A stretch of 64,000 nucleotides of DNA from the NCBI GenBank assembly GCA_964016885.1, contig OZ024754.1, positions 11,780,001-11,844,000 on the forward strand. The letters are read 5' to 3'. Below are positions 1 through 17,399 of the stretch, piece by piece. The DNA comes from Eledone cirrhosa. Taxonomy: Eukaryota. Within the stretch, counting starts at the first letter, position 1. Every line of letters starts with the position of its first letter. A program made the position numbers and the translations under genes. The notes beneath the pieces were generated by a model. The model saw only the letters and a program-made list of their open reading frames with translations, made no database searches and had not been told where the DNA came from.

Positions 1-6200
<6,200 letters not shown>

Positions 6201-6202
6201 GC

Positions 6203-6460
6203 ATCATCATCAACGTTTAACGTCCGTGTTCCACGCTTGCATGGGTTTGGATGGGGGTTTTCCCACTTGAGGCAAGAGTGATTGTCTTGCTCGCATAGGA
6301 CTGTCTGGCGGGTTTTCTACAGCTGGATGCCCTTCCTAACACCAACCACATTTACAGTGTGGGGCTGGGAGGTTTTTTACCGTGTTGCCTACACGGCCAC
6401 ATTACAGCGTGGACTGTGTTTTTTTGTCGTGACACCTACACGATCTCATTTGTTTCGTCC
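6203..6460 (-). mobile_element. RTE-tailed SINE / RTE 3' end with (GAT)n tail
   Basis: Starts catcatcatcaacgtttaacgtcc...ccacgcttgcatgggtt and contains gctggatgcccttcctaacaccaacc; near-identical copies at 17400, 19820 and 53940. Confidence 0.75.
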
Positions 6461-6675
6461 CTGGATGTTGTAGCACCAACATAACTTTACATTGAAGGGG
6501 CGGTGTGGGATGGGGTGGGGGGTGGTGGGACGGGGGTATATTTTGTTAGAGATGCCTACTGGCTGTAGTAGGTTTTACTTTGTATTTAGGTAAGGCGGGT
6601 CTTCTCTATTACTGTGAAACAAAATGGCGTAGGACAGAACAAAGGAGAGGCACAGAAACAAAGAAAGGAATCCCC

Positions 6676-6720
6676 AGTCACTGAAGAGGTCACAGAGTGT
6701 GTGACGAAAGAACTATGACT
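6676..6720 (+). ncRNA. Minimal type-I hammerhead ribozyme motif
   Basis: agtca-CTGAAGA-g-gtcaca(gagtg)tgtgac-GAAA-gaac-TA-tgact; stems I and II pair perfectly. Confidence 0.7.
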
Positions 6721-6907
6721 ATATATAAACAACTATCTGGTTGTGGAACCAACCAGAAATTTATAAATTTATAAATATATAATAAATTGAAGTGAAAGCA
6801 ACTGGTGCGTGTGTTTCTTATTGGCAACATGACCCTCCCAAAGTATAACAATATCGGTTTCAACACACGATTTCAGATAAAGAATCTTGCTAAACAAATT
6901 CAGAAAC

Positions 6908-7002
<95 letters not shown>

Positions 7003-7094
7003 TATATATATATATATATATATATAGACATATATATATAGACATATATATATATAGACATATATATATATATATACATACATACATATATACA

Positions 7095-7132
7095 TACCAC
7101 GTTTCGGGCATAAGCCCTTCATCAGGAGAAAA
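7095..7132 (-). ncRNA. Hammerhead ribozyme core, 3' side truncated by TA microsatellite
   Basis: Minus strand ttttctc-CTGATGA-a-gggc(ttat)gccc-GAAAC-gtgg; no stem I 3' strand visible. Confidence 0.5.
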
Positions 7133-7196
7133 GTGTGTCGGAAGAGAGTTCCGAGGGTGTGTGGGGGAGTGGTGGAAAGACATTTAGAAAAAAGAC

Positions 7197-7251
<55 letters not shown>

Positions 7252-7784
7252 CATATATATATGTATGTATCAGCGTTTTGATACAGGATGGTCAGTTGAT
7301 ACAGGAAGATCTTTTGAAAGGCTGCGAAACTTCAAACACTTAATATTTTAGTCATCAAAATGCCAAATGAATTCTAATTTTTTTTGTTTTAGTCATGAGT
7401 GAGATAGGAAATGCATCGTGCAAATCAAATTAAAAAAAATTTACATAATCAGAATCTAAACGTTCCAAAGTGTCTCTCCCCAAAATATGTATTATTAAGA
7501 AAATTATGAGGAAACAAAGATAGATGGGGGTACTAGATTGAAATTATGTTGTCGTATGAATGTGTGTGTGTCTATTTAGACACACACACACACACATTAT
7601 ATATATATATATACAGAGGTTATATTTAATTTGTTGGGATTCAACAATATTTATATATATGTAGGAGGTGAGTTTTATTGTAGCACAATAAAGCAATGCA
7701 AATATCGGATAAGTAGCACTCAACAGTTTATTGGACTGGAGTATATATAATAAGAAATTAAAAGATGGTTAAAAAAGTTCCATG

Positions 7785-7855
7785 TATTTTATTATGCACA
7801 TTTCAAAAACAAATATCATCCAGGGACGATATTTGCGTTCTCATCAGATAAAATA
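7785..7855 (-). ncRNA. Type-I hammerhead ribozyme motif with long stem II
   Basis: Minus strand tattttat-CTGATGA-gaacgcaaatatcgtc(cctg)gatgatatttgttttt-GAAA-tgtgca-TA-ataaaata; 8-bp perfect stem I. Confidence 0.72.
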
Positions 7856-8168
7856 GGGAGACATATGAAGCTTAAAAAAAAAAACACTTGTGAGCAAGGT
7901 AGTGTCTAAACAACATATATGTGTATGTAGGTATATATATATATATATATACACCTACATACACACACACATCGTGTGTATGTACATATGATTAAGAATG
8001 GTTATCCAAAGTTAAATAAGGTACTCAATACATTGGAAGAAAATGTACATATTTTATATAGAAATGACTTCTATGAGACTAGAACTCTTTTCATTCGTTT
8101 GAAATCATCAAGAGTGATGTCAAATGAATCTATATATGTGTGTGTGTGTGTGTGTATATATATTTATA

Positions 8169-8300
8169 TGGAGGCACATGGCTTAGTGGTTAGAGCATTG
8201 GCCTTGCAAACGAAAGGTTGTGAGTTCAATTGATGTGTTGTTTCCTTGAGCAAGACACTTTATTTCACATTGTTCCAGTTTACTCAGCTGTAGAAATGAG
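8169..8300 (+). mobile_element. tRNA-derived SINE head
   Basis: A-box tggcttagtgg, degenerate B-box gagttcaat, then ccttgagcaagacactttatttcac shared with copies at 9033, 18133, 35570 and 41545. Confidence 0.7.
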
Positions 8301-8319
8301 ATAGGACTGGGGTCCCTAT

Positions 8320-8540
8320 CATTCCACTGCAAAGTGGTCGTGGAGGTGCCATGGCAAAAAAGCACCCAGCCCACACTGTAAAGTGGACATGTAGGCACAA
8401 CGGAAAAAAAGCACCCAGCACTCACTGTAAACGAGGTTGGTGTTAGGAAGGGCATCGAGCTGTAGAAATCAAGCCAGAATCATGTTCCCGTCCCACCCTT
8501 GTAAGCAGGGAAAAGCGGATGTGAAATGATGATGATGATA
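8320..8540 (+). mobile_element. RTE-related SINE 3' module with (GAT)n tail
   Basis: ggtgccatggcaaaaaagcacccagcccacactgtaaag repeats, tgttaggaagggcatc, ends atgatgatgatgat. Confidence 0.7.
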
Positions 8541-8896
8541 ATATATATATATATAATTTCAGGGCAAATGAACTCCTCAGAGTCAACTGGCATCCCACCC
8601 AAACTATGGGTTAAATAGCCTCAACAACACGCAATTGGTCAAGCATGGTGGGTATAGTCACACCCTTGAATACATGACCAAGACCAAAAACAGTGGAGGT
8701 CAACTGGGGAGAGGTTTCTCCAACAGGAGTGAGAGGGCCTGGATTTGGAGATTTTATACATATACATATATATAGATCTGTTGAATATACATGCCAATTC
8801 TAACACATATATGTCCTAGAAACGATCGTTAAATAATGAACTTTTTTTGTTTAATATAAGGAACTGTTTCATTGTTTTATTCATTATTTTTTTAAT

Positions 8897-9012
<116 letters not shown>

Positions 9013-9032
9013 CCTCATAGGGTGAATTATCG

Positions 9033-9240
9033 TGAAGGCGCGTGGCCGAGTAGTTAGAGAATTGGATTCGCAATCGTGAGCTTGTGTGTTCGATCCCTGG
9101 TCCGGGCGAAGTGTTATGTCCTTGAGCAAGACACTTTATTTCACGTTGCTCCTTCTACCTGGAGTTGCGAATGATAGATAGTATTAGCAATTGGAAAGAC
9201 CAACGGAATCATTGTTTCCTCGGTCCGGTTTGACGAAAGT
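9033..9240 (+). mobile_element. tRNA-derived SINE
   Basis: ggcgcgtggccgagtagttag (A-box) and gttcgatccc (B-box); closely matches the copy at 18133-18335. Confidence 0.8.
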
Positions 9241-10004
9241 CAATATATATGTGCATATATATATATGAAGGCATTTATGCCCTCATTTCTTAATCTATAT
9301 TTTGCAGATATATATTTTAGGTGTAGATTACGATTATGTTAATGATTCTTTTAAAATATAATTTTCACACACGGAAATTACCGGAAGTTGACTATGAACT
9401 TGATGCGAAGAATTACTGTGTATGATTTGCCCCCAAACACAAACAACCCTAGCTACAACAAACTTAGTTTAAATTTGAAACTACGAAGACGAATGCTTTA
9501 AAAAGTGATTCAAAAGAAATTTAAATCAGAATAAATGATGACAAGAATTTTGACTACATAACACTTTCACGTGGTTACAAAATGACCAGACAACCTGTAG
9601 TACCTTTTGTTGCTAATAATAGAGTGAGCTTCTTTTGTCTTATGTTTACTATGCTGCTAACAAAACATCTATTTAGACAGACCATAGATTATTTATGGCC
9701 CACCACACACACACATTCACTGTAGCTTTGACGTTAAGATTAGAGAATCACCAAGTATATGCACGCAACTGGTGACATAGGTAGGGGTGTGTGTGTGAGA
9801 GAGAGCAACTTCTAGGACAATATATCAGCAGAATTCAACGGTATCTAACAATTAGCATGACCTGTTAAACAGTAATTTAATACAATTCACAGTTTTTTTA
9901 GGGGAGGGGGGATATGATAAAGCTAGCACCATTATTCGTTAATTTCGGAAGTTTCGAAAACCTGATGTCGAACTTGATCAGTCAAGAAAAAATATAGTAA
10001 GAAA

Positions 10005-10125
10005 TAATTGTTTCTACTTTTGACACAAGGCCAGCAATTACCTAGTACATTACTGGTACTTTATTTTATCGACCCCGTAAGGATGAAAGCAAAGTTAACT
10101 TCGTCGGGATTTGAACTCAGATCGT
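10005..10125 (-). mobile_element. CORE-type SINE fragment
   Basis: Reverse complement of ctgagttcaaatcccg..gagttaactttgctttcatccttacggggtcgataaaataaagtaccagt, found in more than 10 copies in the window. Confidence 0.7.
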
Positions 10126-11176
10126 AAGAAATAATAATAAAATATTGGCATCTGACACTGCATAATGCAAACTCTTGAAGGATTACAGCTTAACGTTCGA
10201 TTCGAAAATGCTTTTGTTCTAATAGATATAGTGAATTCCCATTTGAATATACTAAAATTATAGGCTAACATTTCTGGAACACATAGAAATAAATTAGGGA
10301 GGGTAATTATTAATTTAAAACAGATGACTTTTACCAACCAATTTTATAGAGACATCCATTAAAGCAAAATAGTTTTGTGGGATTGTAGCGTTAGTTCTAT
10401 GTATTGGTTGCCTGCAGGCGAGTGGGGATATTCATAAAATAAATAATGATTATAATGAAATCACAAAAGACCCTAGAAAGAAATATATCTAAATAAATGG
10501 TAAACTTAAACAAAATAAGTCCATTTAAATCGAGATAGAAACGAATAAAAATATTCAACATTACAAAAGATCAAAGAATTATGTTAACAGTGACTGTATT
10601 AAACATTAGTTTACTGTTAACTGAGTAATTGGAAAACTTAATATGAGGATAAAACCGAAGTTATGATGAACACTGGAGTGATGAAAGATGTCAAACACTT
10701 GACTAGCATCCGTCCCATTTTGATTGTTTACGCCTAAATTGAAGATAATACATTGAACTAAACCAGAGTAGACACAGACAACACCTTATACATCAAAATC
10801 GCAAGCTAAAAAACATTTTTTCAAACAAGGTATTCACATAGGCAACACTTATAATTTATAGCTAAATAAATTTGCTTCTACATTGTTATAGTTATACTCA
10901 AAATAAAGAAATAAATAACCAGTGTAGGCGGTGTAATATCAAGAATCCACAATCGGTAACTATAAAATGGTAGAATTGGGTCATATACTAGTAATAAAAT
11001 TGGTAATTCATTAACATTTCAACTTATTTCATTAGAGTTTTCAATAATTAAAACGATAATTGCTGACTAGCAACTACCATTCTGTAAATTAAACGCGTAA
11101 ATAAGCGGAATACTTTCAGATTCGAAGAAAACAGATTATGCAAGTTGAACTCTTCACTGCTTCAGTTATCGTGTTA

Positions 11177-11371
<195 letters not shown>

Positions 11372-11502
11372 TCAACGAGCACTGACCAACAACACTATTA
11401 ACTTCGCTAGTAAGCTTGCATTACCCCCCCTTGTCGCTGCCTGCTACACTTCACTGAACAACCTTGCAACGACTAACTCTTTAAACTCGCGTCACCAATT
11501 AC

Positions 11503-11545
<43 letters not shown>

Positions 11546-11657
11546 TATTGTTATTATCATTAAATATATATAAATATAATGATAATAGCAACAACAGAAA
11601 AATATAAATAATATTGTATATTATATTTATATATTTTTATAAATAAACACACACACG

Positions 11658-11734
<77 letters not shown>

Positions 11735-12109
11735 CTTTTATCATGAAGGAAATATTTTAATAGAACAAATCAGAGCTGTCTTTGTAGGCGTCATTGCATT
11801 GCCGTAGATGTCATCACCATCATCATCATCGGCTGTAGCAGCATCGTTGTTACCAGTTGTTGTCATTTTCACCGTCGTCGTCATCAACACCATCGACCCT
11901 ATCACCACTACCATGACCATCAACGTCACCACTATAATAGACAACAAGGGAACTTCTAGGTAGTCATTCAACCTGCTAGAAATAGCAGCACACATCCCTT
12001 AAATCACACCCAACTCTCTTGAGAAAGGGACACATTAGATAATCTGGCCTTCGTTACTACATTATCTCTAAAAATAACACTGGATGGGCAAGGTTGGAAA
12101 GCTTCTGAC

Positions 12110-12380
12110 CAGGGCCGGATTTAATGGGAGGGGGAAAAGGGGACATTTGCCCCGGGCCCCCTGCAGAGGAGCCCCCTCAAGTGACGGCCGTACCAATTTA
12201 TTTGTGCCCTCAGCTGAGCTTTTTAGTTTTAGAATGCATAACTTTTCAATTCCAATTACTTGCGCCAAGCTAATTTTGATATGTAAAATGGAGGGCTTGC
12301 TGTGTATTCTAATTCTTTATGTATGATGGGTCACGAAACCTGAAGCGCCCTGGGTCCCCCAAGGTCTAAATCCAATCCTG
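12110..12380. mobile_element. MITE (hAT-like), imperfect TIRs
   Basis: cagggccggattta at the left end and taaatccaatcctg at the right end; GC-rich gggccccc subterminal motifs. Confidence 0.5.
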
Positions 12381-12479
12381 CATCTGACTATAGCTAACCA
12401 AGGGCTAAACAAAATCAAAAACGCCACTATTATTTTTGTCATCATTGTTCTCCTCTCCTCCTCATCCTCATCACCATTA

Positions 12480-12660
12480 GTGGATTGGCAGTAATGGTAG
12501 AGCATCAGATACCATGCTTTGCAGCATAGAGTTATGACCCTTTACGTTCTGAGTTTTAATCCCGCCGAGGTTAGCTTTGCCTTTCATCCTTACAGGGTTG
12601 ATAAAATAAAGTACCAGTAATGCACTGAGGTAATTGCAGGCCTTGTGCCAAAAGTAGAAA
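12480..12660 (+). mobile_element. CORE-type SINE
   Basis: gtggattggcagta...ctgagttttaatcccgccgaggttagctttgcctttcatcc...aaataaagtaccagta. Confidence 0.7.
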
Positions 12661-13321
12661 CAACCATCATCACCAAAATTACTTCATTACCCTAATTACT
12701 CTGTTAATCCCACCTCATCCTTTACAACTCATTCTAACCCAATTACATTCCCACCAATATAGTCATCATCATCATTGTAATCATCCTCCACTTCATTGCC
12801 ATCATCATCACCATCTCCTTCCTTATCATCCCCCTCATCCTCATCCTCATTCTCACCATCATCTCCCCCCCCCATACTTCCCTTTACCACCACCACCACC
12901 ACCACCGTCTTCACCATCACCCTCACCTTCACCCCCCACCCCACCACCACCACCACAACCGCCCACCACTACCATATTCACCACCACCCTCTATTATTTG
13001 CATCACAGTCAAGTAATTGTATAATTTCTTTTGACTGATGTATTGAATCCTTTACCCTCCCTGTTCACCACATGACTATTTGTATCAAATACATACATAA
13101 GATACACACAACCCCCCCCCCCCCACACACACACACACACAACACAACACACACACACACAACATATACTGCCCACACATACACATACTTACATACAATA
13201 GATGGATAAATAGAAACTATATTTTCACACTAAACATACCTGACTGTGTATAAAATGTATAAATAATAAAAATTAATATTTTCTATCCTAACATGTGCTG
13301 GTACCACATAAAAAAGCCCAC

Positions 13322-13795
13322 CATCATCATTTTACGTCTGCTTTTCCCTGCTTTTCCCTGCTTGCAAGGGTGGGATGGGTCCTATTCAGCACAGCATCTC
13401 TCTATTTGTCATGGCCCTTTGTCATCTCCACTGTGAGCTTCAGCGATTTGAGGTCTGCTCTCACCACCTCCGCCCATGTTTTCCGTGGTCTACCTCTACC
13501 ACGTCTTCCTTCAACTGGCATTTCCTGGCACTTCTTCACCCATCAGTCATCCTCCATGCGCATCACATGTCCATACCACCGCAGTCTCCTCTCTCGCACA
13601 CTACAATCTATCCCTCTCAGACACAGTTTCTCTCTCAACACATCCATGTTCGCTCATTCACGCACATTTACACTGCACATCCAACGGAGCATGCTTGCCT
13701 CATTTTTCTCCAGCCGTCGCATATCCTCTGCAGTTGCTGCCCATGTCTCACTACCATGCAGCATCGCGTTCCTCACACAGGCATCATATAACCGT
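13322..13795 (-). mobile_element. RTE LINE 3' fragment (RT C-terminus + tail)
   Basis: Minus-strand frame with RRLERNEASML...RERRLRWYGHVMRMEDD...GRGRPRKTW motifs and (GAT)n tail. Confidence 0.85.
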
Positions 13796-13959
13796 GAGTG
13801 AAAATAATAATATTATTAATATTCAGTTCTGAGTTCAAATCCTGTCAAGATTAACTTTGCTTTCATCCTTATGGGGTCGATGAAATAAAGTACCAGTAAT
13901 GCACTGGAATAATTGCTGGCCTTGTGCCAAAAGTAGAAACAATTATTAATATTCGGTTC

Positions 13960-14320
13960 ATTTGCAAGCAAACAACCTCATAACACCATGTATATTTTGT
14001 AGACAACTGACGTCATCCTTTTATTCTTGCAGAGAGAAAACAGTCGACAATTGTTTCAGAGTTATTGCCCCTTATCAAGACTATGTGTTCTCTCGTCACT
14101 GTTACTGCTGAGAATACATAGTATTCTCAAAGGTATACATCGGCTGATTAGCCTAATTTGCATACCAACTGATTTTATGGCCGGCTTTGCTGAAAATTAA
14201 AAACCTAATTTGTTTTCGCTTGAGCATGGTGGCTAACTAAATGTATTTGCTGGAACAAAAAGGATGACGTCAGTCGTTTAGAAAACATACATGGTTTTAT
14301 GAGATTGTTTGCTTGTAAAT
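13960..14320. mobile_element. Inverted-repeat element (~70-bp arms) enclosing a hammerhead motif
   Basis: 13960-14030 is the reverse complement of 14249-14320 with scattered mismatches (aagcaaacaa..ccatgtat..actgacgtcatcctttt). Confidence 0.6.
14042..14082 (-). ncRNA. Minimal type-I hammerhead ribozyme motif, U3-A8 variant
   Basis: Minus strand agtc-TTGATAA-gggg(caataa)ctct-GAAA-caattg-TC-gact; palindromic stem III acaattgt. Confidence 0.62.
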
Positions 14321-14324
14321 CATC

Positions 14325-14735
14325 ATCATCATCATCACCATTTACGTCCGCTTTTCCCTGCTTGCAAGGATGGAATAGATCCTATTAAGCACAGCATATC
14401 TCAATTCGTCATGGTCCTTTGTCATCTGCTCTGTGAACTTCAGCAATCTGAGGTCAGCTCTCACCACCTCCACCCATGTTTTTCGTGGTCTTCTTCTACT
14501 GCGTCTTCCTTCTACTGCGATTTCTTGGCACTTCTTTACCCAGCAGTCATCCTCCATGCGCATCACATGTCCATGCCATCGCAGTCTTCTCTCCCGCACA
14601 CTACAACTTATCCCTCTTATACACAGTTTCTCTCTCAACTCATCTAAGCTTGGTTGTTCACACACATTGACATTAGACATCCAATGGAGCATGCTTGCTT
14701 CATTTCTCTCCAGCCGTCGCATATCCTCTGCAGTT
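14325..14735 (-). mobile_element. RTE LINE 3' fragment
   Basis: ORF 14342-14878 contains MRRLERNEASMLHWM...RERRLRWHGHVMRMEDD...RPRKTW. Confidence 0.85.
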
Positions 14736-15009
14736 GGTGGTCGTGTGAATAAGGCTAAAATAGACTGCTTTTCAGGTGGATGACATACCAAGTGATGTTT
14801 TTCCCTTTCAAAAAAATCACTTGTAGCAACCACTGGAATTTTTCTCTTCATATGAGCAGGTTCCCTGAAGAACCACACCTCTCCCAGAATGATATGTTGA
14901 ATTATTAGAATATCTAAACAGGTCTTTGTGACAAAACTGCAGTCGGAACAGAAAAGTAATTTGAGGTAATTCTTTTTATCTTATTTGCTTTACATATAAT
15001 AATAATAAT

Positions 15010-15305
15010 AATGAAATTATTGTGTACAGTGCTCAGGTGCACTACAACTCATCAAAGGTGCATGTATAGTACATAGAGTAATGTACAAATGTCAGGAAAA
15101 TGAACAGTGTATGAGTCATGATATAATAATAATAATAACAATAATGAAATATTGTGTACAGTGCCCAGGTGCACCACAACTCATCAAAAAAGTGCATGTA
15201 CAGTACATAGGGCAATGCACAAACATCAGTAAAATGAACAGTGCACGAGTCATGATACACACATGTGTGCATGTGTATGGAAGGGGTACATCAGGTGTAG
15301 TTTGT
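15010..15305 (-). mobile_element. Two tandem CR1-type LINE 3' UTR fragments with (TTA)n tails
   Basis: atgaaat(t)attgtgtacagtgc.caggtgcac.acaactcatcaaa occurs twice; same tail as the CR1 copies at 49324-50040 and 53390-53838. Confidence 0.75.
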
Positions 15306-15311
15306 AGACTC

Positions 15312-15407
15312 TCATATCTGAAGAAGTGTCGATTAAGAGTCGGGATCGATATAACAATTGTAATATCTCATATTATAATTGTTATATTAGAAACACTTGT
15401 AATATGA
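15312..15407 (+). ncRNA. Type-I hammerhead-like motif with extended/branched stem II
   Basis: tcatat-CTGAAGA-[...gatataacaattgtaata(tctca)tattataattgttatatt]-GAAA-cacttg-TA-atatga. Confidence 0.55.
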
Positions 15408-16262
15408 AATAAAGTTTACAAAAAGCTGCAATTCTTATTGTCACTTTATATATACTCTGCAAGCTACAGCCGCCATAAACCTGGAGCACAACCCAACAAG
15501 AGATGGACCCAGTAATAGCATCGAGTGCTTCAACCAGTGTTACTGCTAGTAACTACAAGTTACTCACATAATAACCTATATATATATATATATACATAGA
15601 TAGATATGTTTCTTTATTAGCCACAGGGGCACAAAAGAAGGGGACAAATACAAAGGGGGAAGTTTACATACAATAAAAACGTGTAAAATAATATCACAAA
15701 TAGATAGATAGATAGATAAAGTTAAAGATAAAATGAAAGAGAGAATTTTAGTTTTGCTATATATAGATGATGACAAATGAATTCTGATCCTCATTGGAAA
15801 GTTGTTTATTGTTTCAACTTTCCTATTGTTTTTTAATCCAGTTATTTAAACAAGTATGTCTCATATTCATCATTATTTTACATTCTGTTGTATGACCACT
15901 TCAAATATGTATCTAACACATCAGTGGCACAACATCCTATTATATGAAGTCAGGGCCAGTGCTGCCATTAAAAACAACTAGGCAGACTTCAGAGTCAAGT
16001 CAGGCTTCTGTCTGCTATTTGTACCATGTAACCCCGTACAACCTGCTTCAAGGTCAAGTGGTTAGCCACTAAAATGGCTTCCATCACCAGACCCTGAGGA
16101 GGGTAAGTGAAACCTCATGTAACCCAGTACAACCTGCTTCATAGTTGAGTGATCAGCGACTAAACTGGCTCCCTCACCAGACCCTGATTTGGTGAGGAGG
16201 GTAGATGGAACCCCAGCAGCACAAAAAAACAACAAGAGCTATTAGAAGGGTGGATGAACCTC

Positions 16263-16438
16263 TCTGAGGCTTTATCTCACATAATATCTCACATAATATC
16301 AAATCTATGAGATATTGATATTATTTATTTTGAGAACAATACCTTAACATAAGTATGAGTAGCCAATTACGGCTGGTTTGAACAGAAAGAGGTGAGAGAA
16401 TTCTGGACGAATACGGCCAGTTTAAATGCTAAAGGGTA
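16263..16438. mobile_element. Tc1/mariner-like MITE, partial
   Basis: Ends aaatgctaaaggg; homologous to the full copy at 40006-40230. Confidence 0.65.
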
Positions 16439-16559
16439 AACCGACTTTGCCCACCCCAAATTTTTACTAGCCTTAGATATCAATATAACAATGGTTATTA
16501 TGGTTATACATGTTGAGATATGAACTCAGCCCCTTCTCCACATTTAACTAATTAAATAT

Positions 16560-16778
16560 ATGTTAGAATGTCTCAGGAAAGAATCGCTGGATAGATTTTA
16601 TAGGTGAAACCAACAGGTAGGAAACCCAGGAGTGGACTCTGAGCAAGATGGTTGGATAACATCCATGAGCTTGGCTGGTCTTGCTTGGAGATCCAGCCAG
16701 ATCAGTTGGAGACGGTTTCATTCTGCCAGGACCCACTGGAGGGAGTGTCTGAAGACTCTGTCCCCACGACCCTCTCAG
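16560..16778 (+). mobile_element. RTE-like LINE 3' fragment (second family)
   Basis: gttagaatgtctcaggaaagaatcgctgg...tggataacatccatgagcttggctgg; homologous to 50870-51295 (+), 36870-37270 (-) and 40960-41130 (-); ends in (GAA)n. Confidence 0.65.
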
Positions 16779-17120
16779 GAAGAAGAAGAAGAAGAAGAAG
16801 AAGAAGAAGAAGAAGAAGAAGAAGAAGAAATAGAAGATGGTAAAGAAGAAGAAGAAGAAGAAATAGAAGATGGTAAAGAAGAAGAAGAAGAAGAAGAAGA
16901 AGAAGAAGAAGAAGAAGAAGAAGAAGAAATAGAAGTTGGTAAAGAAGAAGACAAAGAAGAAGAAAAAGAAATAGAAGATGGTAAAGAAGAAGAAGAAGAA
17001 GAAGAAGAAGAAGAAGAAGAAGAAGAAATAGAAGTTGGTAAAGAAGAAGACAAAGAAGAAGAAAAAGAAATAGAAGATGGTAAAGAAGAAGACAAAGAAG
17101 AAGAAGAAGAAGAAGAAGAA
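16779..17120. repeat. (GAA)n microsatellite with higher-order duplications
   Basis: Direct reading; expanded tail of the adjacent LINE fragment. Confidence 0.95.
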
Positions 17121-17399
17121 ATATATGTTTACATTTCTTTAAACACAGTGGTTTGGGTAGATATATACGAAGCAATTGTGAAAGTGAATACTTATAAATA
17201 TAGATGTTGACAGATAAAGAAAACAGCAGTTCTAGTAGGTAAATAGGTAAGTAGGAGTGGTATGGTCTATAAATATATAAATATAGTCCATAAATATGGT
17301 CTATATGTGTTGCTAGAACATTCTCTCAGAGCATTACTTAACCTTGAATATAAATCTAGGTGCATGGTTTTCAAAAACAATACTCATCATCATTATCAT

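Noticed and set aside
9033-9110. tRNA genes at SINE heads (also 18133 and 35570)
   Set aside because: A/B boxes are present but they run into a shared SINE body and lack a proper cloverleaf acceptor stem
10660-10720. Box C-like ATGATGA motifs as a C/D snoRNA
   Set aside because: Antisense to the Abi host intron, with no matching terminal D box or terminal stem
16093-16125. CTGAGGA...GAAAC as another hammerhead
   Set aside because: No stem II or stem I pairing could be built
16632-17210. 192-aa poly-Glu ORF
   Set aside because: LINE 3' end plus (GAA)n tail expansion; no splice context or domain
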